A stretch of DNA of 64,000 nucleotides from Candidatus Tayloriibacteriota bacterium. GTDB taxonomy: Bacteria > Patescibacteriota > Minisyncoccia > Phycocordibacterales > PALSA-1337. The position numbers and the translations under genes were made by a program. Positions within the stretch are counted from its first letter, which is position 1, and each line of letters starts with the position of its first letter. Below the pieces are notes generated by a model. It saw only the letters and a list, made by a program, of their open reading frames with translations. It was not told the origin of the DNA and searched no databases. The stretch covers positions 25,132 through 89,131 of the forward strand of contig CAIOGI010000006.1 of the NCBI GenBank assembly GCA_903857825.1, read 5' to 3'. Of this stretch, positions 28,450 to 38,652 are shown piece by piece.

Positions 28450-29295
28450 ATGGAATCAACACAAGAAACAAGAAAAATGTCAGGTGGTTTGAATATACCG
28501 ACTGCAATAGTTATTGCTGGAGCAATTATTGCTATAGCTGTCATATATACAAAAGCTCCAAGTGTTCAGAAACCACCAAATCAACAAGCTGATACCTTTG
28601 AACAGAAGATGAAACCGATTACTGATGCAGATTATATTATTGGTAATCCAAAGGCAAAGATAAAGATAGTGGAGTATTCAGACGCATCTTGTCCTTATTG
28701 TAAGGTATTCCACAATACAATGAGAAAAGTTATGTCAGATTACGGAACTTCAGGAAATGTAGCTTGGCTATATCGTCATTACACTCTTGATAAACCAGAT
28801 CCAAATGGCAACATTCTTCATCCAAATGCTGGTAGAGAAGCTCAAGCTATGGAATGTGCTGGATCTTTGGGCGGTAATGAAAAATTCTGGACATTTACAA
28901 ATAGACTTTATGAAGTAACACCTTCAGTTACAGGAGCAACACCAAATGGTCTAGATCCTAAGGAACTTCCAAAGATTGCTGAATTTTCTGGAATAAATGT
29001 TACTGACTTCAATAATTGTCTTTCAACAAGTAAATTTAAAGAAAAAGTAGAGGCCGATTTTGTTGATGGAGTAAATATAGGTATAAATGGAACTCCATCT
29101 AGTATAATTGTTCTAGAAAAAGCATTCCCAGCTTCAGTAAAAGAAAAACTTATGCAAATCTATGATCCTTACAAGAATCCTCAAACTGGTGAATATCCAA
29201 TTAAAATAAGCAGTGATTCGAAGATGGTTCTTCTGGGTGGAGCAATGCCAATCGAAGCAGTAAAAGCTACAATAGACCTATTCTTTACTTACTAA
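28450..29295 (+). CDS. DsbA family thioredoxin-fold oxidoreductase, membrane-anchored
   Basis: VEYSDASCPYC, GINGTPS. Confidence 0.9.
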   Translation: MESTQETRKMSGGLNIPTAIVIAGAIIAIAVIYTKAPSVQKPPNQQADTFEQKMKPITDADYIIGNPKAKIKIVEYSDASCPYCKVFHNTMRKVMSDYGTSGNVAWLYRHYTLDKPDPNGNILHPNAGREAQAMECAGSLGGNEKFWTFTNRLYEVTPSVTGATPNGLDPKELPKIAEFSGINVTDFNNCLSTSKFKEKVEADFVDGVNIGINGTPSSIIVLEKAFPASVKEKLMQIYDPYKNPQTGEYPIKISSDSKMVLLGGAMPIEAVKATIDLFFTY

Positions 29296-29329
29296 GTAAA
29301 TTATTAGCAGAATGAGTTCATGTCACTTA

Positions 29330-29425
29330 GTAAAATTGGACTCGTCGACTTGCGCTCGAGAGTACTTTTATTTGTAGCAGAGCTAAAATAAAAGTCTCTC
29401 TCACCGTGCCGAGTCTCAATTTTAC
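29330..29425 (-). repeat. Dispersed intergenic hairpin element, copy 3
   Basis: GTAAAATTGGACTCG...CGAGTCTCAATTTTAC; inner stem GAGAG/CTCTC. Confidence 0.9.
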
Positions 29426-29439
29426 AAAGTAATATAAAC

Positions 29440-32421
29440 TTATTTTGTCAAAGACTTACCCAACTTACAGTACTCACAATCCTTCTCTCCACATACCTTA
29501 TCCCAGAAATTTAAATTGTAAATTTCACCAACTTTCTCTTGTAAAAGTTTTTTGAGCTCCTCCACCTCTTCATCTGTAACCTCAAATCTCTCTTTAGTAA
29601 ACTTTCCTTTAGCATCGGGCTCGATAAAATCAAGTTCGCCAGAAAGCATATTGTATTTTTTCTTGTCGTCTAAACTTAAAAGTAATTTGTAGAATATAAG
29701 CTGTCTATGATAATTCTCTTTATTATCTGACTTTTTCTTGCCAGTTTTGTAATCAACTACATTCACATCATGCTCATTTATAAACTCAATCTTGTCTAAT
29801 TGTCCCTTCAAAAGCAGGTCAAAAGTACCCACATTTAGATGAACTCCACGGATACTGAATTCTGTTAGTAAATTGCGACTCCAGAGGCCTTTATAAGCCT
29901 CAAAATAGGCTTCTAGGGCTTGTTTTCCCTTCTTTAGGCTATCTATGTAATCAGATGGTGAAAGCAGGGTTTTATTCAAATTAAACTCGAATAATTCAAC
30001 CAAGTCCTTCTTACTCATATCCTGCTCTTCTCTGTATTTATCAAAGAAAACTTTCAGAGTTTCGTGCACGGCAGTACCATACATTTGATGTTTACTCTGG
30101 GCGCTTGGAAGGCGGATAAGGTTAATGAAAAAATACTGCCAAGGACATTTCAAATAATTATTCAATGCGGTCACAGATAGGCCCTGCTCTAGGAATAGCT
30201 TTTGCAAGTATTCTTTATTATGAATTTCATGATGTTCGTGAACGACTGATTCTTTGAAGGCAAAGGCCTTATCTGCAAGCACATCAGCAACTTCTACTTT
30301 TTTAAATTCATCTGAAATTTCACTTATAAATTGAGTAGGTAGCTGCTCCCTTCCCTCACTACTTTCTTTTGCATAAGAAATATATACGGCTTTTCTAGCT
30401 CTTGTAAGTGCCACATAGAAAAGTCGTCTTTCATCATCTATATTTCCACCAGCATCAGATGCTGAGTCTGCCATTATCATGGTATGGAAAAATGTTCTTC
30501 GAGTTTTATTCCCCCAATGCCCATCGAATGCGCCAACGACATAAACATAGTCAAATTCCAAACCCTTTGATCTGTGTGCAGTCATAAGTCTTACTCCTTC
30601 TTTCATAATTCCCTTTCCTGTTTTTGTAAGAATCCCATGTTCGCGCACGCGCTCTAGGTGCTCTATAAAATCCTTTAGAAAATATTCTTTTTTCGCACCT
30701 GCCATTTTCTTTAATTCACCAAAGAAAGCCTCAAGTGTCGCCATCATCTCTAGTGAGTTTGTATTGGACAGAGCATATTCTAAATATCCAGATTCTCTAA
30801 CAATTATTTCAAATAGCTCAATAAATGATTTATTATGAGCATAACTGGCCCATGAAGAAATCCTCCTAGCCATCTCTGGAAAATCTCTTTCTATCACATC
30901 TATTAATTTCATCTTTTCCCTTCTCGCATTATCAAAAGTCTTGTAAATATCTATAGTCGGCAATTTAAAGAAATCAATGAATAAAACCTTACCAAGCTTC
31001 TCCTCATCAGAAAGATTATTAATTGATTCAAAGATGATGAGGAGCTTGCGTACATTTTCATCTTTCAAAATATCATTATCACTTTCTATACGGAAAGGTA
31101 TACCAGCTTTTTCAAAAGCATGAGCCACAGGAAAGGCGTCTTTATTGTCTCTATATAAAACTGCAATTTCTTCTGAAGCTACGCCTGCTTTTACTTTTGC
31201 CTGTATTTCTTTAATCAAAAATGCATTCTCAGTGTCTTGATTTGCACATTCAATAATATGAATAGGTTCTTTGCCTTCTACTGCTCTCGCCTGAAGCTCT
31301 ACGTGCTTATGACCTTCGGGCATATGATTATTCAAAATCAAAGAGTGTGAAGCGTCTAGTATGGACTGTGTTGATCTGTAATTTTCCTCAAGATGTATTA
31401 GCTTAGCCTCTGGATACAGCTTTTTGAAGTATAGAAAATTTTCCATAGATGCCCCTTGGAATCTAAATATAGCCTGCTTGTCATCACCAACAATGAAGAG
31501 ATTTGGACTAGAATGGAAATTTGAAAGTAATTCAAGCACGGCGTTCTGAGCATTATTTGCATCCTGATGTTCATCTGCGAGGATGTACTGATATGACTCC
31601 TGAAGCATGAGTAGTAGATCATTGTCTTTTCTCAAAGTTTTTATAACCTCTACTATCATGTCTTCGAAGTCATAAAACTTTTGCTTTATTAATGCCTTTT
31701 CATAAGCATCATAAAGTTTCAGTAACTCCTTATTCTTCTCAATTCTTTCTTTAAGCTTTATGAATTCACCCTTCATCTTGCCATTATGTGCACCTTTAAC
31801 ATGAACCTTTTCAGGAATATCTTCAAAATCTTTTTCTTGCTTCTTTATAGCTTGTTCAAAGTCTTCTACACCGACAGCTTCCCTCTTTAAATTTTTAATT
31901 TCTGTAAGTGCTGGTTTTACATAAAAGAAAATATCACCGTATGGCTTCAATAGCTTAAAGTCAAAAGAACTATCATTCCCACTATTTTCAATAATCTTCT
32001 CCATTATTGCGATCTGATCTATGTCTGTGATAGCTGTTGAGCCAATAATGCGCGGAAATCTTTCTGGATACTGCTTTATAACTTCATTACAAAATCCATG
32101 AAAAGTACTTATATTTACCTTATAGCCAGCTGTTCCTATTATGGTCACCAACTTTTTTCTCATAGCATAAGCACCCGACTCTGTGAAAGTCAGAGCGAGA
32201 ACATTTTCTGGAGAAATATCCGTTTGTTTTATTATATTTGCAATACGTAAAGTCAAAATGGAAGTCTTACCAGTACCCGGTCCAGCCACCACCATAACAG
32301 GCCCATCGATAGTGTCGACAGCTTCCTTCTGCGCCTTGTTTAGTCTTTTATAGAGAGTTTCGAATTCAGAATTACTGTCCTGATTTTGACCATTGACATT
32401 GTTTTTTGTTTTGTTTATCAT
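29440..32421 (-). CDS. UvrD/REP-type helicase fused to C-terminal PD-(D/E)XK nuclease
   Basis: AGPGTGKT, DEHQD, GDDKQAIFRFQGA, LEENYRS, HRSKGLEF, DERRLFYVALTRA; C-terminal GQLDKI...VVDYKTG with Cys cluster. Confidence 0.92.
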   Translation of the reverse strand: MINKTKNNVNGQNQDSNSEFETLYKRLNKAQKEAVDTIDGPVMVVAGPGTGKTSILTLRIANIIKQTDISPENVLALTFTESGAYAMRKKLVTIIGTAGYKVNISTFHGFCNEVIKQYPERFPRIIGSTAITDIDQIAIMEKIIENSGNDSSFDFKLLKPYGDIFFYVKPALTEIKNLKREAVGVEDFEQAIKKQEKDFEDIPEKVHVKGAHNGKMKGEFIKLKERIEKNKELLKLYDAYEKALIKQKFYDFEDMIVEVIKTLRKDNDLLLMLQESYQYILADEHQDANNAQNAVLELLSNFHSSPNLFIVGDDKQAIFRFQGASMENFLYFKKLYPEAKLIHLEENYRSTQSILDASHSLILNNHMPEGHKHVELQARAVEGKEPIHIIECANQDTENAFLIKEIQAKVKAGVASEEIAVLYRDNKDAFPVAHAFEKAGIPFRIESDNDILKDENVRKLLIIFESINNLSDEEKLGKVLFIDFFKLPTIDIYKTFDNARREKMKLIDVIERDFPEMARRISSWASYAHNKSFIELFEIIVRESGYLEYALSNTNSLEMMATLEAFFGELKKMAGAKKEYFLKDFIEHLERVREHGILTKTGKGIMKEGVRLMTAHRSKGLEFDYVYVVGAFDGHWGNKTRRTFFHTMIMADSASDAGGNIDDERRLFYVALTRARKAVYISYAKESSEGREQLPTQFISEISDEFKKVEVADVLADKAFAFKESVVHEHHEIHNKEYLQKLFLEQGLSVTALNNYLKCPWQYFFINLIRLPSAQSKHQMYGTAVHETLKVFFDKYREEQDMSKKDLVELFEFNLNKTLLSPSDYIDSLKKGKQALEAYFEAYKGLWSRNLLTEFSIRGVHLNVGTFDLLLKGQLDKIEFINEHDVNVVDYKTGKKKSDNKENYHRQLIFYKLLLSLDDKKKYNMLSGELDFIEPDAKGKFTKERFEVTDEEVEELKKLLQEKVGEIYNLNFWDKVCGEKDCEYCKLGKSLTK

Positions 32422-32427
32422 AGTATT

Positions 32428-32481
32428 TGTACTAATACGATTAAGGTTCCGAAAGGTGCAAGTGCCTTAGGACCCTTTTTC
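32428..32481 (+). ncRNA. Convergent sRNA at 3' end of NYN gene
   Basis: TTGACA-17-TATCAT at 32393-32421; hairpin AAGGTTCC-GAA-AGGTGC-AA-GTGCCT-TA-GGACCCTT plus U-run, overlapping the NYN stop. Confidence 0.55.
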
Positions 32482-32994
32482 ATTTATATTCTCTAATTGA
32501 ATATAGCTTTTAAGATTTTCTAAACAATCGAAAGATCGTGCTCTTAAATAGTAATATAGTGATGAGGCAAACTTTCTATTTGGGAAAAGAATCTTTTCAA
32601 ATTTATCTTTTCTAATTAAATAGTTAATCGTTCTTTTATAATCACCATCTCCAGAAACAATAATAATTTTGTTAAAGCTATTATTATCAATAAGATTTTT
32701 CATTATCTCGAATACTAGATCTGTATCTACATTTCCTTTCTTCTTGGTCGCAAGATCTGAACCATGTTCTTTAAAAATGGTTATGAAACCAGCTTGTCTT
32801 AAATTATTATATAAATCATTTTGAGCTTCGATTTTACATCCTAGAAAATAATATGCATCTGTTACTTTATATTTATCTTTCAAATAAATCCTAAATTTAG
32901 CAAAATCAACCTTCCAGCCACATTCCTTTGTGCCCATGTGTAGATTTTGTCCATCTATAAAAGCCAGATTGTTTATTTTAACTTTTTCTTCCAT
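32467..32994 (-). CDS. NYN (LabA/DUF88, PIN-fold) domain protein
   Basis: AFIDGQNL, KKGNVDTDL, VSGDGDY; start moved to MEEKVK. Confidence 0.9.
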   Translation of the reverse strand: MEEKVKINNLAFIDGQNLHMGTKECGWKVDFAKFRIYLKDKYKVTDAYYFLGCKIEAQNDLYNNLRQAGFITIFKEHGSDLATKKKGNVDTDLVFEIMKNLIDNNSFNKIIIVSGDGDYKRTINYLIRKDKFEKILFPNRKFASSLYYYLRARSFDCLENLKSYIQLENINEKGS

Positions 32995-33082
32995 ATATAT
33001 TATACATGACATTATACCCCTCCCATTTTCCATGGGAAGTTCCATAACTCAAATATTTATGTCACATCTGAAACTAGATAAC

Positions 33083-34291
33083 CTAGTAATTCTTCAATCT
33101 ATTGATCTTGTCATGCTGTCGTATCTTGTCATGAGCCTTTGCCTCGATTTGTCGTATACGCTCTCGAGTTACACCGAATTCCTTCCCTACTTCCTCCAAG
33201 GTATGAGTGATGCCGTCGTTTAGTCCATGACGCATTTCGAGAATTTTCTTTTCTTTTTCAGAAAGATCGTCGAGGATTTCATTAACCTGATCTCGCAAGA
33301 TTCTGCGTGAACTTTCTTGATCTGGAGAAAGGATTTTGTCATCTGCGATAAAGTCACCTAGTGTAGACTTTCCGTCATCACTATCGTCACCGATTTGATC
33401 ATCTAGAGATGCGACATTTTGATCAATCTTTTCTATATTATAAATTTTCTCTACATCAAGACCCATTTCTGTAGCTACTTCCTCTGGTAATGGATCACGA
33501 CCTAAGTCCTGAGTTAGACGACGGACGACTTGTTTGTACTTTGCGATTGTCTCCACCATATGCACTGGAACACGAATAGTTCTACTCTGATCTGCTAGTG
33601 CACGAGTAATAGCCTGACGTATCCACCACGTAGCATAAGTTGAAAACTTATAACCCTTTGTCCAGTCGAACTTATCAACTGCCTTGAATAGACCTAGGTT
33701 TCCCTCTTGAATAAGATCTAGGAGAGTAAGGTCTGGTGAACGGCCAACATATTTCTTTGCAATAGAAACCACTAGACGAAGGTTTGCACGAGCAAGAAGA
33801 TTCTTTGCCTCCTTGTCACCTGCTTGTATCCTTTTTGCCAATTCCTTTTCATTTGAAGCAGAGATAAGAGAATATTGTCCAATCTCCTTCAAATACATTT
33901 GAATAGAATCGTAAGATGAATCGGAACTTCTACTACTTCCATACGAATATTTCTTTGGGGCATGATGAACTTCTGGCTCCATCTCCAACAGACCTCCTCC
34001 TTCGAGCACATCAATACCAGCAACTGAGAACTTCGAATACAAATCATCTAGGAAAATGATATCTGTCTCGATATTTGGAAATTCCTTCAAAATTTCATCG
34101 TAGGTGACGAAACCTCTTTCACGTCCTTTTGTAGTAAGCTTTGATGCTTTTAATTCAAACTCTTTATTCTTATTCTGCTTTGCTGGAGATGATTTCTTTA
34201 CAACTTTCTTTAAAACTTTTTTTGCTTTTGTCTTAACTTTTGTCTTTAATTTTTTGACAACCTTCTTTACAACTTTTTTATTTTTTTTCAT
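33083..34291 (-). CDS. rpoD: RNA polymerase primary sigma factor
   Basis: [52 protein letters not shown]. Confidence 0.96.
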   Translation of the reverse strand: MKKNKKVVKKVVKKLKTKVKTKAKKVLKKVVKKSSPAKQNKNKEFELKASKLTTKGRERGFVTYDEILKEFPNIETDIIFLDDLYSKFSVAGIDVLEGGGLLEMEPEVHHAPKKYSYGSSRSSDSSYDSIQMYLKEIGQYSLISASNEKELAKRIQAGDKEAKNLLARANLRLVVSIAKKYVGRSPDLTLLDLIQEGNLGLFKAVDKFDWTKGYKFSTYATWWIRQAITRALADQSRTIRVPVHMVETIAKYKQVVRRLTQDLGRDPLPEEVATEMGLDVEKIYNIEKIDQNVASLDDQIGDDSDDGKSTLGDFIADDKILSPDQESSRRILRDQVNEILDDLSEKEKKILEMRHGLNDGITHTLEEVGKEFGVTRERIRQIEAKAHDKIRQHDKINRLKNY

Positions 34292-34297
34292 ATATTA

Positions 34298-36082
34298 TTA
34301 AATTTTTTGCTTTCTCTTTGATAATTCTGAGAGTCTAAGACTCAGAACCTGACACTTTTTCATAAGCTCCTGCCCTTTCATTTCATCCTTTTCTCTTTCA
34401 GATCTGGCGAGTTCTGACATGGCCTCTGAAAATTCCTGTCTCACAATGTCTTCTTCAAAATTGAGTAATAATTCATCAAGGTCTCTTATTAAGTCCTTAT
34501 TATTCTCATTTATGTTTTTTGAACCAAAGGTTACTTCCGCTTCCAAAAGTAATTGATCTTTGTATGGTTCAATATTTTTTATTAAATTGTCATACCTTTC
34601 CGCGGAGATATTTTTGATGTTAGTTTTATAACTATTTACATCCACTCCGGGTATTGTATTTTTATCCAAATAATGGATAAGACCAAATAACTTTCTAGTT
34701 ATCGAGTCCAGTCTGGTAGATGCAGTTCTAAGCTTTTCAGCAATTTGAACTTCGGCAACCAAACCCTTCAAAGAGGCTTCTGTTTTCTTTAGATCCTCTC
34801 GAATAGACTCTTCTGAAAGCCCAGTCTTTTCCTTTATTAACTTTATATAGTGTGCTTTTTCCATCGCTCCTGTAAGAGGGGCTATAAATGGAAGGACATT
34901 GTCCCACAATGCCTGTGGCAATTTGCGCGGGTCAAGCTGTTGTTTAAGCACAGTATCAATTTGAAATTCTACCACAGGTTTCGAATTACGCAAGACGTTC
35001 CTCCAAGATTCGGCGTCTGCTAACACAAGATCGGCTGGGTCCTTTCCTTCTGGAAGATCTGCTATTTTTACGTCCATTCCCAAACTCAAGGCAATTGCCG
35101 AGGAGCGCATTGCCGCTTTTCTTCCCGCATTATCGGAGTCAAAGGCCAAAATAATATTGTTTGAAAGCCTTTTTATTATTCCTAAATTGTTTACAACATT
35201 ATCTTTAGAAATAAGTGAATCCGCAAGAGCTGTTCCTGAAACAGCTACAGTGTTTTTTATACCAGCTTGATGAGAGAGGACCAAATCCATTTGTCCTTCT
35301 ACCAAAATTGAATAGTCTTTTATACGTATTGCTTGCTTGGCCTTATCTATACCATAAAGTACGGTCGACTTATTAAACAAGATGGTATCTGGACTATTTA
35401 GATACTTTGCAGACTTTCCATCATCTACCAAAATTCTGCCAGAGAAAGCTATTACTCGCCCGCTCGAATCAGAAATAGGAAACATCACACGTCCGCGAAA
35501 ACGATCATAGTATTCTTTCTTTACACTACCAGCCTCATCTGGACGCTTTATCAATCCCGCCTTTTCTATATCATTATCTGTATATTTTTTATTTTTTAAA
35601 TATGTATAAATGAGTCTCCAGTCTGCTGGTATATATCCTATACGAAAGTTTTTCGCCGTCTCGGAAGTTATCCCTCTTTTCTTCAAGTATTCTTGTGCTT
35701 CTTTCGAATGTTTCAATCCTCCTTCAAAAAACTTCGTAGCATCCTCCATTATTGCCAACAACTTTTCCTTTTCTGTTTTATGTTCATTATTTACCTTATC
35801 AAATTCAAGTTGAATTCCAGCTCTTTCCGCAAGCATTTTTAATGCGCCCATGAAGTCTAGACCTTCGAATTGTTCGACGAAGCTAAACACGTCGCCTTTG
35901 GATCCGCAACCAAAACAAAAATAACTTCCCCTATCAGGCGACACGAAAAATGACGGTGTCTTTTCATTGTGAAATGGACATTTACCCTTCAGGTTCTTCC
36001 CTGCCTTGTCTAGCTTGATATATGAACTAATAACCTCCTCAATCCCAAGCCTTTCCTTGATTTTTTCGACATTAGATGACAT
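34298..36082 (-). CDS. dnaG: DNA primase
   Basis: CPFHNEKTPSF...CFGC zinc finger, DRFRGRVMFPI, KYLNSP, VEGQMD, FDSDNAG. Confidence 0.97.
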   Translation of the reverse strand: MSSNVEKIKERLGIEEVISSYIKLDKAGKNLKGKCPFHNEKTPSFFVSPDRGSYFCFGCGSKGDVFSFVEQFEGLDFMGALKMLAERAGIQLEFDKVNNEHKTEKEKLLAIMEDATKFFEGGLKHSKEAQEYLKKRGITSETAKNFRIGYIPADWRLIYTYLKNKKYTDNDIEKAGLIKRPDEAGSVKKEYYDRFRGRVMFPISDSSGRVIAFSGRILVDDGKSAKYLNSPDTILFNKSTVLYGIDKAKQAIRIKDYSILVEGQMDLVLSHQAGIKNTVAVSGTALADSLISKDNVVNNLGIIKRLSNNIILAFDSDNAGRKAAMRSSAIALSLGMDVKIADLPEGKDPADLVLADAESWRNVLRNSKPVVEFQIDTVLKQQLDPRKLPQALWDNVLPFIAPLTGAMEKAHYIKLIKEKTGLSEESIREDLKKTEASLKGLVAEVQIAEKLRTASTRLDSITRKLFGLIHYLDKNTIPGVDVNSYKTNIKNISAERYDNLIKNIEPYKDQLLLEAEVTFGSKNINENNKDLIRDLDELLLNFEEDIVRQEFSEAMSELARSEREKDEMKGQELMKKCQVLSLRLSELSKRKQKI

Positions 36083-36143
36083 TGGGTACAGTATATATCA
36101 TTTAATGGGTTGACTACAAGAAGGGGCTTGATATGATATGAGT

Positions 36144-36204
36144 ACAGTCGTCCTTAATTGGACTGCCGAGATTCCCCGCCATTTGGCGGGGTTTCGCTTT
36201 TTTT
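36144..36204 (+). ncRNA. Convergent sRNA family 1, copy 2
   Basis: TTGACT-16-TATGAT at 36110-36137; GTCC/GGAC hairpin then CCGAGATTCCCCGCC-ATTT-GGCGGGGTTTCG and T7. Confidence 0.72.
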
Positions 36205-36206
36205 GT

Positions 36207-37049
36207 TTACTTATTATTTTTTAATGTTTCAAATCTCTTTGAAACACTACTACTGGTTAATACTCTCATTTGAAAAATACATATACTGTTTAGCTTAACA
36301 AGTCTTTCTTCTTGTGACATATTAGTTCGAATATATTCAGCATTAATACTTTCAATATTTGATAGCACAAGTAGTTGCTCAATAGTCGCATAATCTCGAA
36401 CATTTCCTTCTTTGTCCTTATTTTCGTTACGCCATTGTTTTGCTGTTTTTCCAAATAGAGCAACATTCAAGATATCTGCTTCATCAGCATAAATATAGTT
36501 AATTTGTTCCTTTGTAATATTGGTTGGAATAATATTTTCCTTAATTGCTTGTGTTTGTAGTTTGTAATTCAATTTTGATAAAATACGATTTATATTCCAA
36601 TTAAGTGACAATGCTTGATTTTCACCATCTTTTAATCTTTGAAATTCTTTTATTAAGTACATTTTAAAACCTGGACTAAGCCATGTACCAAACTCGAAAG
36701 CTATATCTTTGTGTGCATATGTTCCTCCCCCATATCTTCCAGCTTTTGACTTAATGCCAATTGCCTTTGTTGCGGTAATCCATTTTTTAGGAGTTAAACG
36801 GAAACTATTGAGTCCAGCCTCCTTCCTAAAGGTGTCGAATTCGACACCTTTAAAATCTAAATTGTGTATTTGCTCCCAAATACCAAGGAACTCCAGTGTA
36901 TTTCGATTTCGCATCCACCCATAAATCAAATCCTCACCACCAAACTTTTTAGCCATATCTGTGAGACATATATAATCCCCAAAACTATCGGATATTATTG
37001 TTATCTCAGAGCCCTGCACGTTTATATGCGATTTTGTATCTTTTTTCAT
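36207..37049 (-). CDS. KilA-N domain DNA-binding protein
   Basis: DYICLTDMAK, WMRNRNTLEFLGIWE, GRYGGGTYAHKDIAFEFG; start set at MKKDTK. Confidence 0.9.
   Translation of the reverse strand: MKKDTKSHINVQGSEITIISDSFGDYICLTDMAKKFGGEDLIYGWMRNRNTLEFLGIWEQIHNLDFKGVEFDTFRKEAGLNSFRLTPKKWITATKAIGIKSKAGRYGGGTYAHKDIAFEFGTWLSPGFKMYLIKEFQRLKDGENQALSLNWNINRILSKLNYKLQTQAIKENIIPTNITKEQINYIYADEADILNVALFGKTAKQWRNENKDKEGNVRDYATIEQLLVLSNIESINAEYIRTNMSQEERLVKLNSICIFQMRVLTSSSVSKRFETLKNNK
36827..36852. repeat. Perfect 26-bp palindrome inside KilA-N CDS
   Basis: TAAAGGTGTCGAATTCGACACCTTTA. Confidence 0.95.
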
Positions 37050-37082
37050 ATTTTGTTTAATTATCTTAATAATTTGCATACT

Positions 37083-37144
37083 TTAACAAAAAGTTCTTAA
37101 GAAGTTTTAAAGAAATTATTAAGAAATGATAAAGATTTGAGTTA
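37083..37144 (-). promoter_or_regulatory. Shared 62-bp upstream element, copy 2
   Basis: Matches 18044-18105 at 58/62 positions. Confidence 0.85.
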
Positions 37145-37188
37145 GAAAATGAAATACGAGAACTGTAAATATTTTTTAGTATAAAAAT

Positions 37189-37692
37189 ATGATAGATTTT
37201 ACATCAATGATTATTGGATTGCATAAAAAATATATTAAAGGCAGTGAGAAAAATGCTATTGTTCAAATAGTTCAAGCGTTTATGTGTAATTTAACTGCGG
37301 CCGTCGTAAAAGGTATATCGTGTCCTAGTAATAAGGTTTATATCAGTACTCGCGTATTAAAACATGTATATGACAAGAGGCCTGCAGAAGAATTTGATTT
37401 TCTGATCGAAAACCTACATTTGATTATTAAGTTCCCAGATTTAATTTTTAAAAATAAAAGTGGCAAGCGTGGTGAATTTTGCTTTGTAAAAGAAATTAAA
37501 GGCAAAAAATACTTATGCTCAATAGAAATTATAAACAAAGTGGACATAGTCCAATGTGAAATAGCTACCTTTTTCCGTGTAGATAGTGATTATTTAAAAA
37601 ATTACGAACTCTTATGGGAGTGGAAGGGCGGCGGCCTTCATCGTAGTGCGTTCGATGCTGATATTACTCAGCCTAATAGCACCCTGCAGTAG
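37189..37692 (+). CDS. Hypothetical protein, probable PBECR/BECR (RelE/ColE5-like) nuclease fold
   Basis: LKHVYDKR...IIKFPDLIFKN...FCFVKE...IATFF pattern; family is inference. Confidence 0.6.
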   Translation: MIDFTSMIIGLHKKYIKGSEKNAIVQIVQAFMCNLTAAVVKGISCPSNKVYISTRVLKHVYDKRPAEEFDFLIENLHLIIKFPDLIFKNKSGKRGEFCFVKEIKGKKYLCSIEIINKVDIVQCEIATFFRVDSDYLKNYELLWEWKGGGLHRSAFDADITQPNSTLQ

Positions 37693-37737
37693 AGCCTTTC
37701 TGACTTTCACCCCCGTAAGAATCAATAATTCACTTAT
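37596..37737 (-). ncRNA. Convergent antisense RNA (~140 nt) overlapping 3' end of the BECR-like gene
   Basis: TTGGCA-17-TATAAT at 37772-37744; 27-position closing stem with 24 pairs (37730-37704 with 37626-37600) then U-run. Confidence 0.65.
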
Positions 37738-37804
37738 AAGCATATTATACCTAACTTCTATTTTTTTGCCAATTTTTTAGTAAATTTGGAAATAATATAA
37801 AAAA

Positions 37805-37834
37805 CTGGCGGCCCCAAGTAAATGAGGTCGCCAG
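37805..37834 (-). terminator. Intrinsic terminator
   Basis: CTGGCGACC...GGCCGCCAG plus T-run on minus strand. Confidence 0.65.
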
Positions 37835-37852
37835 CGCGAAAGTGATGCTTGA

Positions 37853-38479
37853 TCACATCTGTCGTGATCGATGCTCGGCTCTTATCATGAGCCAAATCAG
37901 TAGCCCGACACCAAATGTGGTCCTACTGGCGAAGATAATAGATAGAGTGTTCCGGCTTACGATACCGGTATACATTGCTATCAATGAAGCCACAAGCACA
38001 AACCACCAAGCGGACAATGGTTCAGTATTTTTCTTGGCGCTCAATAGCCTTTCAGCGGTGATGAGATATCCAATCAGCATCAACACTTGAATGAGAATAT
38101 TGGGGACAATTCCAGTTCCTCCCAATCCCCAGACAAGCACTGCCCAGAATATCGCAATGACCGTCGAAACCATCAGACACACCTTTTGGAAAGTGTTGAA
38201 ACTCAATTTAACCCCATTCGCCCGATTTTTGATGGCGACGGAAATCAGAATTGAGTTGATAGTAACAATACTGATCGCGTTGTACGCGTTACTCACCAAG
38301 CTGTGGTGAGGGCTTGTCCAGTACGTTGCAAAGGACAAAACCGTCCCGAAACTGGTCACAATCCACGTTGCCAACACGGGCTTAACCGCATCGTTCTTTG
38401 CAACCTGAATAATGTACCAGATTGACCCAATGACCAGAATGATCGTCGAAGTCAATGCCGACATTTCTCTCGGTGTCAT
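37853..38479 (-). CDS. Multi-pass membrane protein (PQ-loop/SWEET-like duplicated pattern)
   Basis: KPVLATW and EPLSAW repeats, about 7 TM; GC-richer; own promoter TTGACT-18-TATAAT at 38568-38539. Confidence 0.7.
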   Translation of the reverse strand: MTPREMSALTSTIILVIGSIWYIIQVAKNDAVKPVLATWIVTSFGTVLSFATYWTSPHHSLVSNAYNAISIVTINSILISVAIKNRANGVKLSFNTFQKVCLMVSTVIAIFWAVLVWGLGGTGIVPNILIQVLMLIGYLITAERLLSAKKNTEPLSAWWFVLVASLIAMYTGIVSRNTLSIIFASRTTFGVGLLIWLMIRAEHRSRQM

Positions 38480-38652
38480 AAACTTAAATCAAATTTTCAA
38501 GGTCCAGTTGTGCAACATGCACCCTTTGAACATCATATATTATAACATACTGTATCTATATAAGTCAATGCCTACATAGAAAAAGCCCCATTTCTAGGGC
38601 TCTTTCTTCAAATGCTTACTTTTATCTATTCCCCACCTTCTATTTATTCCTT

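Noticed and set aside
37120-37150. dif/Xer-like or attC-like reading of ATAAAGATTTGAGTTA
   Set aside because: Arm spacing does not fit the 11-6-11 dif layout and there is no attC-type inverted core pair; kept only as part of the shared upstream element.
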